A stretch of 64,000 bases of DNA. It comes from Heterodontus francisci (lineage: Eukaryota). The stretch is taken from positions 22,679,327-22,743,326 of the forward strand of contig NC_090394.1 in assembly GCF_036365525.1 (NCBI RefSeq), read 5' to 3'. Within the stretch, counting starts at the first letter, position 1. The number at the start of each line of letters is the position of its first letter. The notes below the pieces were generated by a model, which did not search any database, was not told where the DNA came from, and was given only the letters and a program-made list of their open reading frames with translations. Position numbers and translations under genes: made by a program. This document shows, piece after piece, positions 12,336 to 25,698 of the stretch.

Positions 12336-13599
12336 GTACAATAGCAGGGCAGTTCTCGTTGTTTAAACTGGAATAGGGGAAAAAAAAGTTTTTGTGGTGT
12401 TTAGTGAAAATTATGCTCTTTGCCAGTAATATTTTCGACTTTTTAAATGAAGCGGGTGTTGTGTAAAAGCCTGGGAGCGGGTTTATTGCCGGTCATTACT
12501 AACCCGCTTTATACGAACGAGGGTAGAAGTTTCTCCAGGGAGCAGCCGTGGAATCTGAGAGACATATACCCCAACCATTCTACCTCTCCCATTGTTGCTT
12601 TATTATCCCACTTTTCCAGGGCCTTTCGAAGCATATTTTTGGAGCTAAAGGGAATGGGACAAGACTGTAAAATTTTGTAACTGGGTAGATATTTTTATGG
12701 TGGGAGAGGGCGTTTGGAGATATGGAAGTTTACTTTCATTTGATGTTAGTACCTTTGCATAAACTTTTACATCTAATTTGTTACAGATGTAGATTTTTTT
12801 AAAGTCAATTATTTAGGGGAGCTAATAAGGTACATTTGGATTTTGCTAACCTAGAACTAGAAATTTATAATGTCCCCTGATTTTTTATGACATTTTAAAA
12901 GTGTTGTAAGTGCAAATTTGCTCTCTGGAATTACAAGTAGCCCCAATGATTTGGATTTGTCTACTTTAGACCATGTTCTCATGAGCTGCCCTTAACTGGA
13001 CAGGCCACATTAACAGCTAAATATTACAGCTTCAGACCTCTGGATAGCCATGAGCAGTGCTGTAGGAGCTCTCCTAGTATGTGTAAATATAACTTGTAAA
13101 TTATTTTCCCAATTTCAATCACTTGCTAGTATCAGTTTTTGAATATAAATGCACCATTTGGTGTTAATCTCCTAGCATGTTGTGCTACTGTGGTTATGTA
13201 TATAAAGAATTTGTCTTGAAGTGGTTTTGTACCCTCCACTGGGATTAGGGATGTGGGTCGTGCACTTAATAACCACGAGGTCCAGGGCTGTCTATCCTTG
13301 GAATCTCCAATAATGGCTTTTTAAAAATTCAGGTACTTTTTTTAAACAAGAAACTGGACTCTCAACCTGAGCAAACTTGCTGTTAATTTATTATTAAAAT
13401 GAGCTGCTCTCCCATGATCCTGAGAGAAAAAAAACTCATCAGGTCATGTGACTGTTGTCAGTTTCCTGTTTTATCTCTGCTTTTTTGTTGTCTGCCAGAT
13501 TGTTCCTTTGATGTACTTTACCACAATGTTATACCTTATTTGTTTCTGAATGACTCTGTCACCCGGTGCCTTTAATTAATTGCAATGCATAGATTTAAG

Positions 13600-14140
13600 T
13601 AATGGGAAGGGAATTTGACATGCTCAAATGGCCCTATCACAGCTGTGGGAGGCATCAATCTCCGGTGGTAGCAGAAGATCCAAGTATTGATTTGCAAATT
13701 GGTTTGATTGCTGTTGAGGGATAGCAATTGCTGGGGCAAAAGTAGGTATGGTGGGGCAGGGGATGACATTCATCATGGGTAGCCAGAAAATAATCTTTAT
13801 AACAGTCATGACCTGTGCCATAGGCTGAATAGCCGTTTCCTGCAATGCAGTGATTGGACTCCAGCTCACCCCAGCTAATCACTCTTCTGGTTCTGGCAGC
13901 TGAACCCAGTCTTGCTTGATGACCCCAGAGCTTCCTCTTTGCTGAACTTGCCTGTTGCGAAGCTAGGCACTGGGTGCACTGCACAATTGTAGGAACCCAT
14001 CAATGTAGTCCACAAGGATCACACAATCACCATTTACCTCAATCAAGAGGCATAAGAGGATGAGCTCAGCTTGCAGCAAGGGTTGTCCTGGCTGCCTGCC
14101 TCTCTTCCATGGTCTTGTCTGTGCCTGGGTGACTCTGGAG
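13600..14140 (-). mobile_element. Possible highly degenerate PIF/Harbinger transposase remnant
   Basis: Minus-strand peptide LQETAIQPMAQVMTV loosely resembles the GDxxYP..WLMTP motif; weak. Confidence 0.2.
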
Positions 14141-14408
14141 AGAGAACTTTGGAACAGGAGTAGTCCATTTGGCCCCTGAAGCTTATTCCATCATTCAATG
14201 AGATCATAGTTGATCTGTGACCTAACTCCTTCTGCCTGCCTTTTCCCCCCATAGCTTTTAATGCCTTTCGTTTACAAAAATCTATTAACTGCACTTTAAA
14301 ATGAATAATCAACTGCCTTTTGCAGAAGAGAGTTCCAAGCTCTGCCACTCTTTGCATCACTCCTGAAAGGTCTGGTTCTAATTTGTAGACTGACCCCTAG
14401 GCCTAGAC

Positions 14409-14834
14409 TAAAGGCCTGCTACCCGACCCAAACCCGACAGGACCCGACGACGTGTCGGGTTCGGGTCGGGTCGCCCTTCCGGGTCCGGCTATCGGACTCG
14501 GGTCTGGGTCGGGTTGGGGACACACAGTAAGTATTACATTTTGCTCTGCTGGGAAATTGAGTTTAGTAAGTGTCAAAAGTTGAAAAGCTTACCTGAGCTG
14601 GGAGTCAGGGATGTCAGAGGGAAATTCTGAGTCGCGCAGCGAGTGAGCGTTTTGATGTCAGCTGCATGCTGCAGCTTCCTGCAGATTCGGAATTGGAAGG
14701 TAGATAAAGTGAATATTCCGGTGGTCGGGTCAGGCGCGGGAAAAACTGGAGGGACTCGGATCGGGCTCGGGTCTGATGTGGTCCTGCCAGGTTCAGGTAG
14801 GATTTTTTTTTTTCCTGACCTGAGCAGGCCTTTA
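14409..14834. mobile_element. Non-autonomous hAT DNA transposon (MITE) inserted in a CR1 fragment
   Basis: TIRs TAAAGGCCTGCT / AGCAGGCCTTTA; perfect 8-bp TSD GCCTAGAC (14401-14408, 14835-14842); subterminal CCCGAC/GTCGGG repeats. Confidence 0.9.
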
Positions 14835-15197
14835 GCCTAGACTCCCCAACCAGTGGAAATACTTCTATCTACCCTATCATTTCCCTTTAATATCTTGCAA
14901 ACTTCGATCAGATAAGCCCTTATTCTTCTGAATTCCAGGGAATACAATCCTAATTTGTATAAACTCTCCTCAAAATTTAACCCTTGGAGTCCATTCTGGT
15001 AAATCTATGCTGCATTCCCTTGAAGGCCAATATATCCTTCCTAAGGTGTGGTGCCCATCACTGAACACAGCACTCCAGGTGTCGTCCAACTAGGGCTTTG
15101 TATAGCTGTGGCATAATTTCTACCCCCTTGTATTCTAGTTCTCTAGGTATAAAGCCCAGGATTCCCTTGGCTTTTTGATTATTTTCCATACCTGTTC

Positions 15198-15990
15198 ATG
15201 AGGTGGGCAGAGAAGTGGCAAATGGAATTCAACTTGGAGAAGTGTGAGGTGATGCATTTGGGGAGGTCAAACAAGGCAAAGGAATACACAATTAATGGGA
15301 AAATACTTGGAAGTGTAGAGGAAGTGAGGGACCTTGGAGTGAATGTCCACAGATCCCTGAAGGTAGCAGGACAGGTCGGTAAGGTGGTTAAGAAGGCATA
15401 TGGAATCCTTTCCTTTATTAGCTGACTTCTAGAATATAAGAGCAGGGAGGTTATGCTGGAACTGTATAACTCATTAGTTAGGCCACAACTTGAGAACCGT
15501 GTGCAGTTCTGGTCACCTCATTACAGAAAGGATGTAATTGCACTAGAGAGGGTACAGAGGAGATTTACGAGGATGTTACCAGAACTGGAAAAATGCAGCT
15601 ATGAGGAAAGATTGGATAGGCTGGGGTTGTTCTCCTTGGAACAGAGGAGGCTGAGGGGAGATCTGATAGAAATGTACAAAATTGTGAGATGCCTGGACAG
15701 AGTGGATGTGAAGGGCCTATTTACCTTAGCAGAGAAATCAGTGACAAGGGGACAAAGCTTTAATGTGATTGGTAGAAAGATTAGAGGGAAGATGAAGAAA
15801 AGTTTTTTTTTTTCACCCAGAGGGTGCTGGGGTCTGGAACTCACTGCCTGTAAGGTGTCTGGATGTGCTGTAACCTGCAGGGCAATGCTGGAAAGTGGGA
15901 TTAGGCTGGGTGACTCGGTTTTTGGCTAGCACAGACATGATGGGCCAAGTGGCCTCTTTCTGTGCTGTAAACTTACTATGATTCTATGAC
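15198..15990 (+). mobile_element. CR1 LINE 3' fragment, same subfamily as 1-895
   Basis: ORFs 15198-15425 and 15453-15929; near-identical segments to 162-809. Confidence 0.9.
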
Positions 15991-16249
15991 ATTTTAATGT
16001 TACTGGACCCCAAGTCTCTTTGGAACTCCACTGTTCATAGCTTTTTACCATTTTAGAAAGTACCTTGTTCTATCTTTTCAGGTCTAAAGTGGATGACGTC
16101 ACATTTGCCTATATTGAAAGCCATTTGGTTAATCTATCAATATCACTTTGAAATTTTATGCTTCCATCTACATTGCTTACGATGCTGCCTATCTTTGTGT
16201 CATTGGCAAACTTGGATATATCTCTTACCTACTTAGGATATAAATACAA

Positions 16250-17001
16250 TGGACTGGATTTTATGGGTCCCCGAGGCGGGGGAGGCCCATAGAATCGTGG
16301 CCGGGGCGGAGGGCCTGTTGCCATCCCAAGTGATTTTGCTGGGGCGGGAGAAGCTGATGACAGCCTTCCCGCCCAGAGGCCAATTAAAGCCTTTTAGTAG
16401 CGTAAGCGGCTCTTCCTGCCGCCGCTGGGTTTTAACCAGCAGTAGGGGGGTTGCCTCTGCCGTGCAGGTAGGGTGGGTTGTAAAATGAGGCACCCTCCCT
16501 GCAGGCTTGGGTTGGGGGGGTGTTCCCTCCTCCATGGGCAATCTGTAGCCCACGGAAGACCCCTGCTGATGAAACCTCCACCTCCATGGACCCTGAAACC
16601 CGGACTTCATGCCCACCCTCTCTCCTCGCCTCCCCCTCGGCAGGGCCTTCTGAACTGGACCTGGTGACTCGGCCTCACATTACCTGAGGTCCAGGATTCC
16701 AGCGCTGGGCCTGGGTTTAAGGCCACTGCGATACCGGCAGTGGCTACTGCTAGTGGTGGCGCTGTCAATACTGCTGAGCGAGCAGCCCTGTGATTGGCTG
16801 GCAGCTCTTGGTGGGATCCCTGTCTTTAAAGGGATGGGGATCCTGGCACGGAACAGTTGGGCAGCAAAACAATGGAGGATTATTCCAGGGGGTGGGGGAG
16901 CGGGGTAAAGAGGGTGAGGTTGGGCATGAAAAGGCAGAGGTGGGGTTTCCCTGCCTTTTGGCCTGGTGCCAGGGTCCTGCCTCCTCCACAAAATCCAGCC
17001 C
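16250..17001. mobile_element. GC-rich non-autonomous DNA transposon (Harbinger-like MITE)
   Basis: Terminal inverted repeats GGACTGGATTTTATGG / CCACAAAATCCAGCCC; related element at 24641-25698. Confidence 0.7.
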
Positions 17002-17067
17002 AATGAATAGTTAAGGCCTCAACTAAGATCCATGTAGAACACCACTAGTTACCTTCTGTCAATTGGA

Positions 17068-20000
17068 GTCATAGAGTCAGAGTTATACAGCACAGAAACA
17101 GGCCGTTCGGCCCATCGTGTCCGTGCTGGCCATCAAGCACCTATCTATTCCAATCCCATTTTCCAGCACTTGGCCTGTAGCCTTGTATGTTATAGTGTTT
17201 CAAGTGCTCGTCTAAATACTTCTTAAATGTCATGAGTGTTCCTGCCTCTACCGCCCCTTCAGGCAGTGTGTTCCAGATTCCAATCACCCTCTGGGTGAAA
17301 ATTCTTTCCTCAATCCCTCCTGCTCCTTACCTTAAATCTATGCCCTTGGTTATTGACACCTCCTCTAAGGGAAAAAGTTTCTTCCTATTTACTCTATCTA
17401 TGCTCCTCATAATTTTGTGTACCTCAATCAGGTCTGCCCTCAACCTTCTCTGCTTTAAGGAAAACAACCCTAGCCTATCCAGTCTCTCTTCATAGCTGAA
17501 ATGCTCCAGTTCAGGCAACATCCTGGTGAATCTCCTCTGCACCCTCTCCAGTGCAATAACATCCTTCCTATAGTGTGGCGACCAGAACGTTGCACAGCAC
17601 TCCAGCTGTGGCCTAACTAGCATTTTATACAGCTCCATCATAACCTCCCTGCTCTTGTATTCTATGCCTTGACTATTAAAGGCAAGTGTCCCATATGCCT
17701 TATCTACCTGTGCTGCTGCCTTCAGTGATCTATGGACAAGTACACCAAGGTCCCTCTGACCCTCTGTACTTCCTAGGGTATTCCCTTGCCTTGTCAGTCC
17801 TCCCAAAATTCATCACTTCACACTTCTCAGGATTAAATTCCGTTTGCCACTGCCCTGCCCATCTTACCAGCCCATCTATATCGTCCTGTAATCTAAGGCT
17901 TTCCTCCTCGCTATTTACGACACCACCAATTTTCGTGTCATCTGTGAACTTACTGACAATATCTCCTATATTCATGTCTAAATCATTAATGTACCCTACA
18001 AACAGCATGGCCCTAGCACTGATCCCTGTGGTACACCACTAGTCACAGGCTTCCACTTGCAAAAATAACCCTCGACCATTACCCTCTGCCTCCTGCCACT
18101 AAGCCAATTTTGGATCCAATTTGCCAAATTGCCCTGGATCCCATGGGCTCTTAACTTAATCAATTTCCCATGTGGGACCTTATCAAAAGCCTTACTGAAG
18201 TCCATGTCGACTACATCAACTGATTTACCATCATCTACAAATTTAGCCACCTCCTCGAAAAATTCAATCAGGTTTGTTAGGCATGATCTCTCCCTGACTA
18301 AGCCATGCTGACAATCCTTGATTAATCCCTGCCTCTCCAAGTGTAAATTAATCCTGTCCCTCAGAATTTTTTCCAATAGTTTTCCTACCACTATGTTAGA
18401 CTGTAATTACCTGTTTTTTCCCTGTTACCCTTCTTGAATAATGGTAACACATTTGCTTTCCTCCAGTACTCTGGCACCTCTGCTGTGGCCAGAGAGGATT
18501 TGAAAATTTGTGGCTGAGCCCCTGCTATCTCCTCCCTTACCTCACATAACATCCTGGGATACATCTCATCTGGGCTTGGGGATTTATCCACTTTTAAGCC
18601 GGCTAAAACTGTTAATACCTCCTCCCTTTCATTGTTAATTTGTTCGAGTATATCACAATCACCCTCCCTGATCTCTACACCTACATCGTCCTTCTCCATA
18701 GTGAACACAGATGAAAAGTAATCATTTAAAACCTCACCTACATCCTCCAGCTTCACATAGATTGCCACTTTGGTCCCTACTCTTTTCCTGGTTATCCTCC
18801 TGCCCTTAATATACTTATAAAATGCTTGGGGATTTTCCTTTATCTTGCCCGCCAGTGTTTTTTCATGCTGCCTCTTCGCTCTCCTAATTACTTTTTTAAG
18901 TACCCCCCCCCTTACATTTTCTATACTCCTCTAGGGCCTCTGCTGTTTTTAGCCCTCTGAATCTGCCAAAGCCTCCTTTCTTTTCCCTTGACATCCAGAT
19001 TTCCTGGACTTGTTGGTCCTACCCTTCACCTTTATGGCTCTGAACTCTCACTATTTCCTTTTTGAAAGGCTCCTACTGATCTGATGTAGACTTTCCTACA
19101 AGTAGCTGCTCCCAGTCCACTTTGTCTAGCTCCTGTTTTATCAAATTTAAATTGGACTTCCCTCAATTCATACCTTTATTTCCGGTCCATCTTTGTCCTT
19201 TTCCATAAACTGTAAGATTTAAGGTGGTTGTTTTTATTTATTTATACAGCACTGAAACAGGCCCTTCAGCCCACCGAGTTTGTGCCGACCATCAACCACC
19301 CATTTATGCTAATCCTACATTAATCCCATTACCCTCTCACATCCCCACCTCCCCTCAATTCCCCTACCACCTACCTATACTAGGGGCAATTTATAATGGC
19401 CAATTTACCTATCAACCTGCAAGTCTTTGGCTGTGGGAGGAAACCGGAGCACCCGGCGAAAACCCACGCAGTCACAGGGAGAACTTGCAAACTCCACACA
19501 GGCAGTACCCAGAATCAAACCTGGGTCGCTGGAGCTGTGAGGCTGCGGTGCTAACCACTGTGCCGTAACATAGTTATGGTCACTATCCCTGAAATGCTCC
19601 CCCGCTGATACTTCTACCACTTGTCCAGCCTCATTCCCTAGGATTAGGTCCAGTACTGCCCCTTCTCTTGTAGGACTTTCTACGTGCTGGCTCAAAAAGC
19701 TCTCCTGTATGCACTTTAAGAATCTGCGCCCCTTTAAGCCTTTTGCACTAAAACTATTCCAGTTAATATTGGGGAAGTTGAAATCCCCTACTATTATTAC
19801 CCTGTTACACCTCTCTGAGATTTGCCTACATATCTGCTCCTCTATCTCTCCCTGACTATTTGGAGGCCTGTAGTACACTCCCAGCCAAGTGATTACTCCC
19901 TTTTTTGTTTTTAAGTTCTACCCATATGGCCTCATTTGAGGAACTTTCTAAGATATCATCCCTCCTTACTGAAGTAAGTAATTGACTCCTTGATCAATAG

Positions 20001-21020
20001 TGCAATGCCACCTCCACTTTTACACTATTTCCCCCCCCCCCCCCCCACCACCCTGCTGCTCACAGTCATGCCTGAAGATAGCAATAATATCATATTCCCT
20101 TGTGTTAATCAACACCCTCAATTCATCTGCTTGTAAGACTCCTTGCATTAAAATAGATGAAATCCAGCCTTGCATTATTCACTTGAGCCTTAACAGGTCT
20201 ATATTTGCTCTGCCTTCCAGACTGACTTAATTTCTCTTCTATATTTGGCTGTGCATCACCCCCTGCTGTACCTCCACTCTGTATCCCATCCCCGTGCCAA
20301 ATTAGTTTAAACCCCCGCCCCCACAACAGCACTAGCAAATCTCCCAGCAACGGTGTTGATCCCGTTCCGGTTCAGGTGCAACCCGTCCGACTTGTACAGG
20401 TCCCAACTTTGCCAGAAACAGACTCAGATCCAGGAAACTAAAGCCCTCCCTTATGCACATGTCTTCAGCCACGCATTCATCTGCTCTATCCTCCTATCTC
20501 TATACTCACTAGCACGTGGCACTGGGAGTGATCCAGAGATTACAACTTTTGAGGCCCTGCTTTTTAATTTGCTACCTAGTTCCCTAAGTTCTTCTTGCAG
20601 GACCTCATCCCTCTTTCTACCTGTGTTGTTGGTATCAATGTGAACCATGACCTCTGAATATTCATCCTCCCCCTTCAGAATGTCTTGCAGCTGCTCTGTG
20701 ACATCCTTGACTCGAGCACCAGGGAGGCAACATACCATCCTGGAGTCACGTTTGCGGCTACAGAAATGCCTATCTGTACCCCTTACGATAGGGGATTCTA
20801 TCACTATAGCACTCCCACTCTTTTTTTTTTCTCCATTCCTGTGCAGCTGAGCCACCCATGGTGCCACAGACTTGGCTCTTGCTGCATTCCCCTGAGAAGC
20901 TATCTCTCCAGCAGAGATTCCGCTTTGAACACTGTTGGGAGAGGGAAATGGACCCAGGGAACTCTCGCATTATCTGCCTACTTCTTCTACTCTGCCTGAT
21001 GATCATCTATTCCCTTTCTG
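17068..21020 (-). mobile_element. Near full-length CR1 LINE (ORF1 esterase-like, APE endonuclease, RT), decayed, with a SINE inserted at 19236-19563
   Basis: ORF1: VCCLPGARVKDV, VHIDTNN, VVISGSLPVP. EN: YYRPPNS, VGDFNFP, LDLILGN, SDH. RT ORFs at 17327-18768. Confidence 0.92.
19236..19563 (-). mobile_element. HE1/V-SINE-like SINE
   Basis: Reverse complement of the 50972 family; tRNA-like head at the 19563 end. Confidence 0.88.
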
Positions 21021-22544
21021 CCTATAATGTTAGGACATCTGTAATGTTCTGGCCTACTTCCTTTAAAACTCTAGGATGGAAACCATCAGGCCCTGTGGAT
21101 TTGTCACCCTTCAGTGCCATTATTTTCTTCATTAATTATTTTTACTTCTATTAATTTTGGTGAGTTCCTGATTCAATATTACTTCCCTTAGGATGTCCAG
21201 CATGCTATCCTCTTGCTCTACTGCAAATATGGACACAGTGATTATTCAATATGTCCTCCATCTCTTTATTTTAATTTACAATATTGCTGATCAGTTTTCA
21301 AAGGGCACACATTGCTCCAGTTCATCTTTTTTCTTAATATAATTAAGTGTTGATTTTGATATCCCTTGCAAGTTTCTTTTCATATTCCCTCATTGTAGCT
21401 TTTACTTTGTTTTGTTGCCTTTGTATTGTTCCCAGGTACCAAAATCTGTGCTCTTGTACCCTATGGTTTTTTTGGCAAGTAGAACTCTTGCCCCCTGGGG
21501 GTATAAATTGGTTTTGTATTATGTTGAATTCTTTTTGGAGCATGTGGTGTCTACTGTACTTTTGGGGCCTTCTGCGACTGGGCCCTCAAGGGAATGGTGC
21601 CTGGATAATGCAAATCACGAAGTTATGATTTAGATTACTAAGCTTCTTTTTGGTTTGGTTGTATTAATTGCGCTTCCTCGCAGAATTTGTGGAATTCACT
21701 TGTAGAATTGTTTTTCTGTTGACACTGGGGTAACCAAGTGTGACTTTTATTGATCAACTCAAAATAGGCATAATGGTTGCTTACTTGAGAGATGTGGAAC
21801 AAAATATGAGTGAGAATCCCAAATTCCAACAGGGTTATCAAATAAACAGCATTGAAGTAGTTCTGTTAGGGGCTAGAAAGGAACTCAATAGCACATTAAA
21901 GGTGGTTGCTAAAAAGCTCCTGCAGTATATCACTCTGGTGAGCTGGGAAACCTCCTATACTGTGCAACTGCAAATACGTAACAATACTATTGCAGCAATT
22001 AAGTGGCTGATAGTAACCTCATCTCTGATCTTACTGTGATCAATAAAATATTTTTGATTACTATGCATATTCTTTCTTTGGCCTCCTTGTCTCGAGAGAC
22101 AATGGGTAAGCACCTGGAGGTGGTCAGTGGTTTGTGAAGCAGCACGTGGAATGGCTATAAAGGCCAATTCTAGAATGACAGACTGTTCCACAGGTGCTGC
22201 AGATAAAATTGGTTGTCTGGTCTGTTACACAGTTGGCATATTGATAGATGTGAAAATGATAATGTGATCGCAGAGGATGACTTGGCTTCCATACTGTGTC
22301 CTCGGTTCCCAGGAGTTCAAGTTTATTCTGGGCATGAAACTGTACAATAACTATCCAACTTCTCCCTCACAGGAAAGTAGATGGTTTTTCAATATCTTAA
22401 TTAATTATTTAGATACACAAGCAGAAGGGAAGTAAGAAGCTGGTGAGTCTACTGTTTTATTTTTAAGTGGTAAAGTTTATTGTATTATCAAAGTTTAAAT
22501 TAGTACAGCAAGTGCTGGTGAGGAGAGGCATTAATTAAAAAATT

Positions 22545-23422
22545 ATTTATGACCAGGTGAGAAAGGTGTCTAGGGGTCCCGTTTAGCCTTCACCTGGTCT
22601 TCCTGTAACAGGGTTTTGTTTTTAAACAGTGTTTTGAGCTCCCCCTTGGTGAATCCTTGTTCACCGCTTTCCAATTATAAGGCAAAGAAATGAGCACAAA
22701 CAGGCTTTCTTAGGTTTAAAGAAGACATAAACTTAAGCTCTAATTCGGTTAATGCATACGTGATACGCACATGCAAATAGAGACAGAAAAGAGCAGAAGA
22801 AAAATAGTCGAGAGGTTTGAGGCAATCTCTGAAGAGGGGTTTTTATTACTGTTTGAGTTTTGAGCTCGCTGTAGTCTTTGCTTGTAGGTAGATCTTGCTT
22901 TTTGTTGGGGCCCAGTATTCTTCTTAAACCTTGTTCACTGTAGGAGGCTTTTCCCTCTTGGAGTTCATATGTCTTCAATGGATTCTGAAGCTGGTGAGAA
23001 AGAGATGAGAGCAGACAGGAGAGAGGTCTTTTCCTGTCCAGGAGCAAACAGCTTTCTGTCTTCCAGCGCTGTTTCTCTAATTTAAAACTCCCCTAGTTGG
23101 CCAGCAGGTGGTCACGTGACCGACTAGTTTGACCAGGTCTCTTCTGTGTGTTGGGAGCATCTCAGCAGTCAACCTGGAATGCTAGCTTCTCCACCTTCAA
23201 CGTCTGGTAATCAAAAGTCCATTTGTGGATTAAATTGGAGCAGGGAGTGGCCCCTTTGTCCTTTTCAAGTATAGTCTGTTATTATGCAAACGTATTTCCA
23301 GTCAAGGGTCTGTTTTCTTTTTAAAGCAAGTTCTTTCTTTACTCCAGTAACAATTTAAAAATCAATGTTCATGTGGCAAAATTAATGTGCCTCATTCTTG
23401 GCAGGTGGGGGCCTGCAAGGCA
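22545..23422 (-). mobile_element. Solo LTR (family A)
   Basis: Homologous in reverse orientation to 29131-30007 and in the same orientation to 39553-40418 (shared 'RRILGPNKKQDLPT' segment and termini). Confidence 0.8.
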
Positions 23423-24640
23423 GATGTGGAGGAGCCTCAGTCCTTGCAATTGCCCAACATGTTTGAGGTTCTTTCAGCTTGTATGGATGAAAGTAGGGCT
23501 GCAGGGTGGATGAGCAAACTGACCGTGGCATCGTGGTACAGGAGGCATTCAAGCGAGATGAATAAATAGTGGTACTGGGGACAGTATAGTCAGGGGGCTA
23601 GAAATAGTTCTCTGTAGACGAGAGCGAGAGTCGAGAAGGCTGTGTTGCCTGCCTGGTGCCAGGGATCGGGGCATCTGCTCAGGGTTGGAGAGGAACTTGC
23701 ATTGGGAGGGGGAGCATCCAGTTGTCATGGTCCACGTGGGTACCAATGACATAACTAGGACTAGGAAAGAGGTTCTTCTAGAAAGTATGAGCAGCTAGGG
23801 GCTATATTTAAAAAGCAGAACTGCAAAGGTGATAATCTCTGGATTAATACCTGAGCCACGAGCAAATTGGAGTCTGGTAAATAAGATTAGTGAGTTAAAT
23901 GCTGGCTCAAAGACTGGTGTGGGAGAAAAGGGTTTTGATTCATGGGGCACTGGCACCAGTACTGGGGAAAGTGGGAGCTGCACATTTGAGGTGGTCTTCA
24001 CCTGAACTGTGCTGGGACCAGTGTTCTGGCTTGTCATATAACTGGGGCAGTAGAGAGGACTTTAAACTAAATAGTGCGGGCGAGGGATCAAGTGAGGAAA
24101 GATGTGATAAATTAGAGAGAGAGAGGACAAGGCAAGAGAGCAAGATAGCAATAAGGGTAATGATGATGAGTGTGGCAGGAAGGGACAGACCGTACAAACT
24201 TAAGCTTAACTTTAGAGTGCACTAGCAAACAAAGCTAGAGAAAATAATATAGAAATAAAGGCGCTCTATCTGAATGCACACAGCATTCACAACAAGGTAG
24301 ATGAAAGTAAGTAGGTATGATCTAATTGTCATTACTGACACGTGGTTGCAGGGAGACCAAGGCTAAGAACTGAATGTCCAAGGGTATTTATCATTTAGGA
24401 AAGATAGGCAAAGAGGTAAAGGTGGGGTAGCACTGTTAAAGGATGAAATTGGTACATTAGTGAGAGAGGATCTTGGATCGGAAGATCAAGGTGTAGAATC
24501 CGTTTGGGTGGAGCTAAGAAAAAGCAAGGGGCAGCAATCATTGGTAGGAGGTAATGTAGGGTAAGATATCAGTCAGGAAACTGAGAGGTGAAGGTAATGA
24601 GGGTAATACGGTAATCATGGAGGACTTCAATTTACATATA

Positions 24641-25698
24641 GGTTGGAGTTTAACCCCCCCGCCCCCGCCAAAAAGGGCAGGCTGGTCGGGGGTGGGGGGG
24701 CAGGGTAAAAATGGAGTGGGAGGCTGGGTTGGGGGGGGCACTTTCTAACTCACTCCTGCCAATTAATGGCCACCTAAGGTTGCCCGCTGCCATGGGATTT
24801 TATGGTTGGCAGGTGGGTGGTCGAAGCCTCAGAAAAGCCACCTAATAAAAGTAGGAGGCCTTCTGACAACTGGGGTTTGGGGCCTCACCTGGGACGATCG
24901 GTCGAGCCCCAGCTGGCAAGGGGGGGTAGGGGTGCTGGGGTAGTAGGGGGTTAGGGTGTCCTGTGCCTGATGGAGGGCTGCCCAACGCCCAACACCTCCA
25001 CCTGCCCTTGCCTTGCTGGGGCTCAACCGATCGCCCCAGGTGAGGCCCCAAATGCTTACCCATTCTCTGGGGCTCCCCGATGTCTTTTTTTTATTTTCAA
25101 AATATACTTTATTCATAGAAATCTGTAATAAAAAAAAAATACATTACCGAACAGTTTCAAACAGCACCAAGTCAAAAAATACAAACAGTGCAAAGGCGGT
25201 CCGTTACCTTCTATACAATCGTGAGTTGCCTCACAACCCTTCCATTTCGTTGTCGTGCCAGATACATTTTACAGCAGACAAAATTTCTCCGATGCAGTTC
25301 GAGGGGTCTCCCATGGATCCAGCCCCCCAGTTCAGCTTGGTGGGGGGACCTTACACTGTGGTCTTTCCCCATTGAGTCTTTGCTGCGGCTGCCCCAAGCT
25401 TTAGTGCGCCCCTCAGCACGTAGTCCTGGACCTCCCCGACATCTTAAGCCTTTAGTTGGGTTGCAGTCCCAGCAGTGGCCACCGCTCCTGGTGGTGGTGC
25501 TGCTGGGACTAATGGAGCTGCCAGCAGCTCTTTGGTGGAACTTCCTGCCTCAATGAGGTGGAAGTCCCACTTAAGACCAATTAAGGGCCCGGGGAGCATA
25601 AAATCCAGTCTGGATCTACCAGCCCGGCAGAGGCAGGATGGCCACTGACTCTTTGGTCGGTGGACGGCCCCCCTCTGGCGACTGTAAAAGTCTGGCCA
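24641..25698. mobile_element. Harbinger-like MITE inside CR1, itself carrying a LINE 3' fragment
   Basis: Imperfect TIRs GGTTGGAGTTTAAC / GTAAAAGTCTGGCC interrupt the CR1 sequence TTACATA|TAGACTGG. Confidence 0.65.
25087..25431 (-). mobile_element. L1/Tx1-like LINE 3' end (shorter copy at ~51817-51920)
   Basis: Minus strand encodes QDYVLRGALKLGAAAAKTQWGKTTV*, then AATAAA and an A-rich tail; ~14-bp TSD CTCCCCGA(TG/CA)TCTT. Confidence 0.7.

Noticed and set aside
21570-22330. 99-aa ORF (21740-22039) and a TTCTGCGA/TCGCAGAA inverted pair
   Set aside because: No recognisable domain or splice structure; the minus strand looks like a decayed LINE RT remnant.
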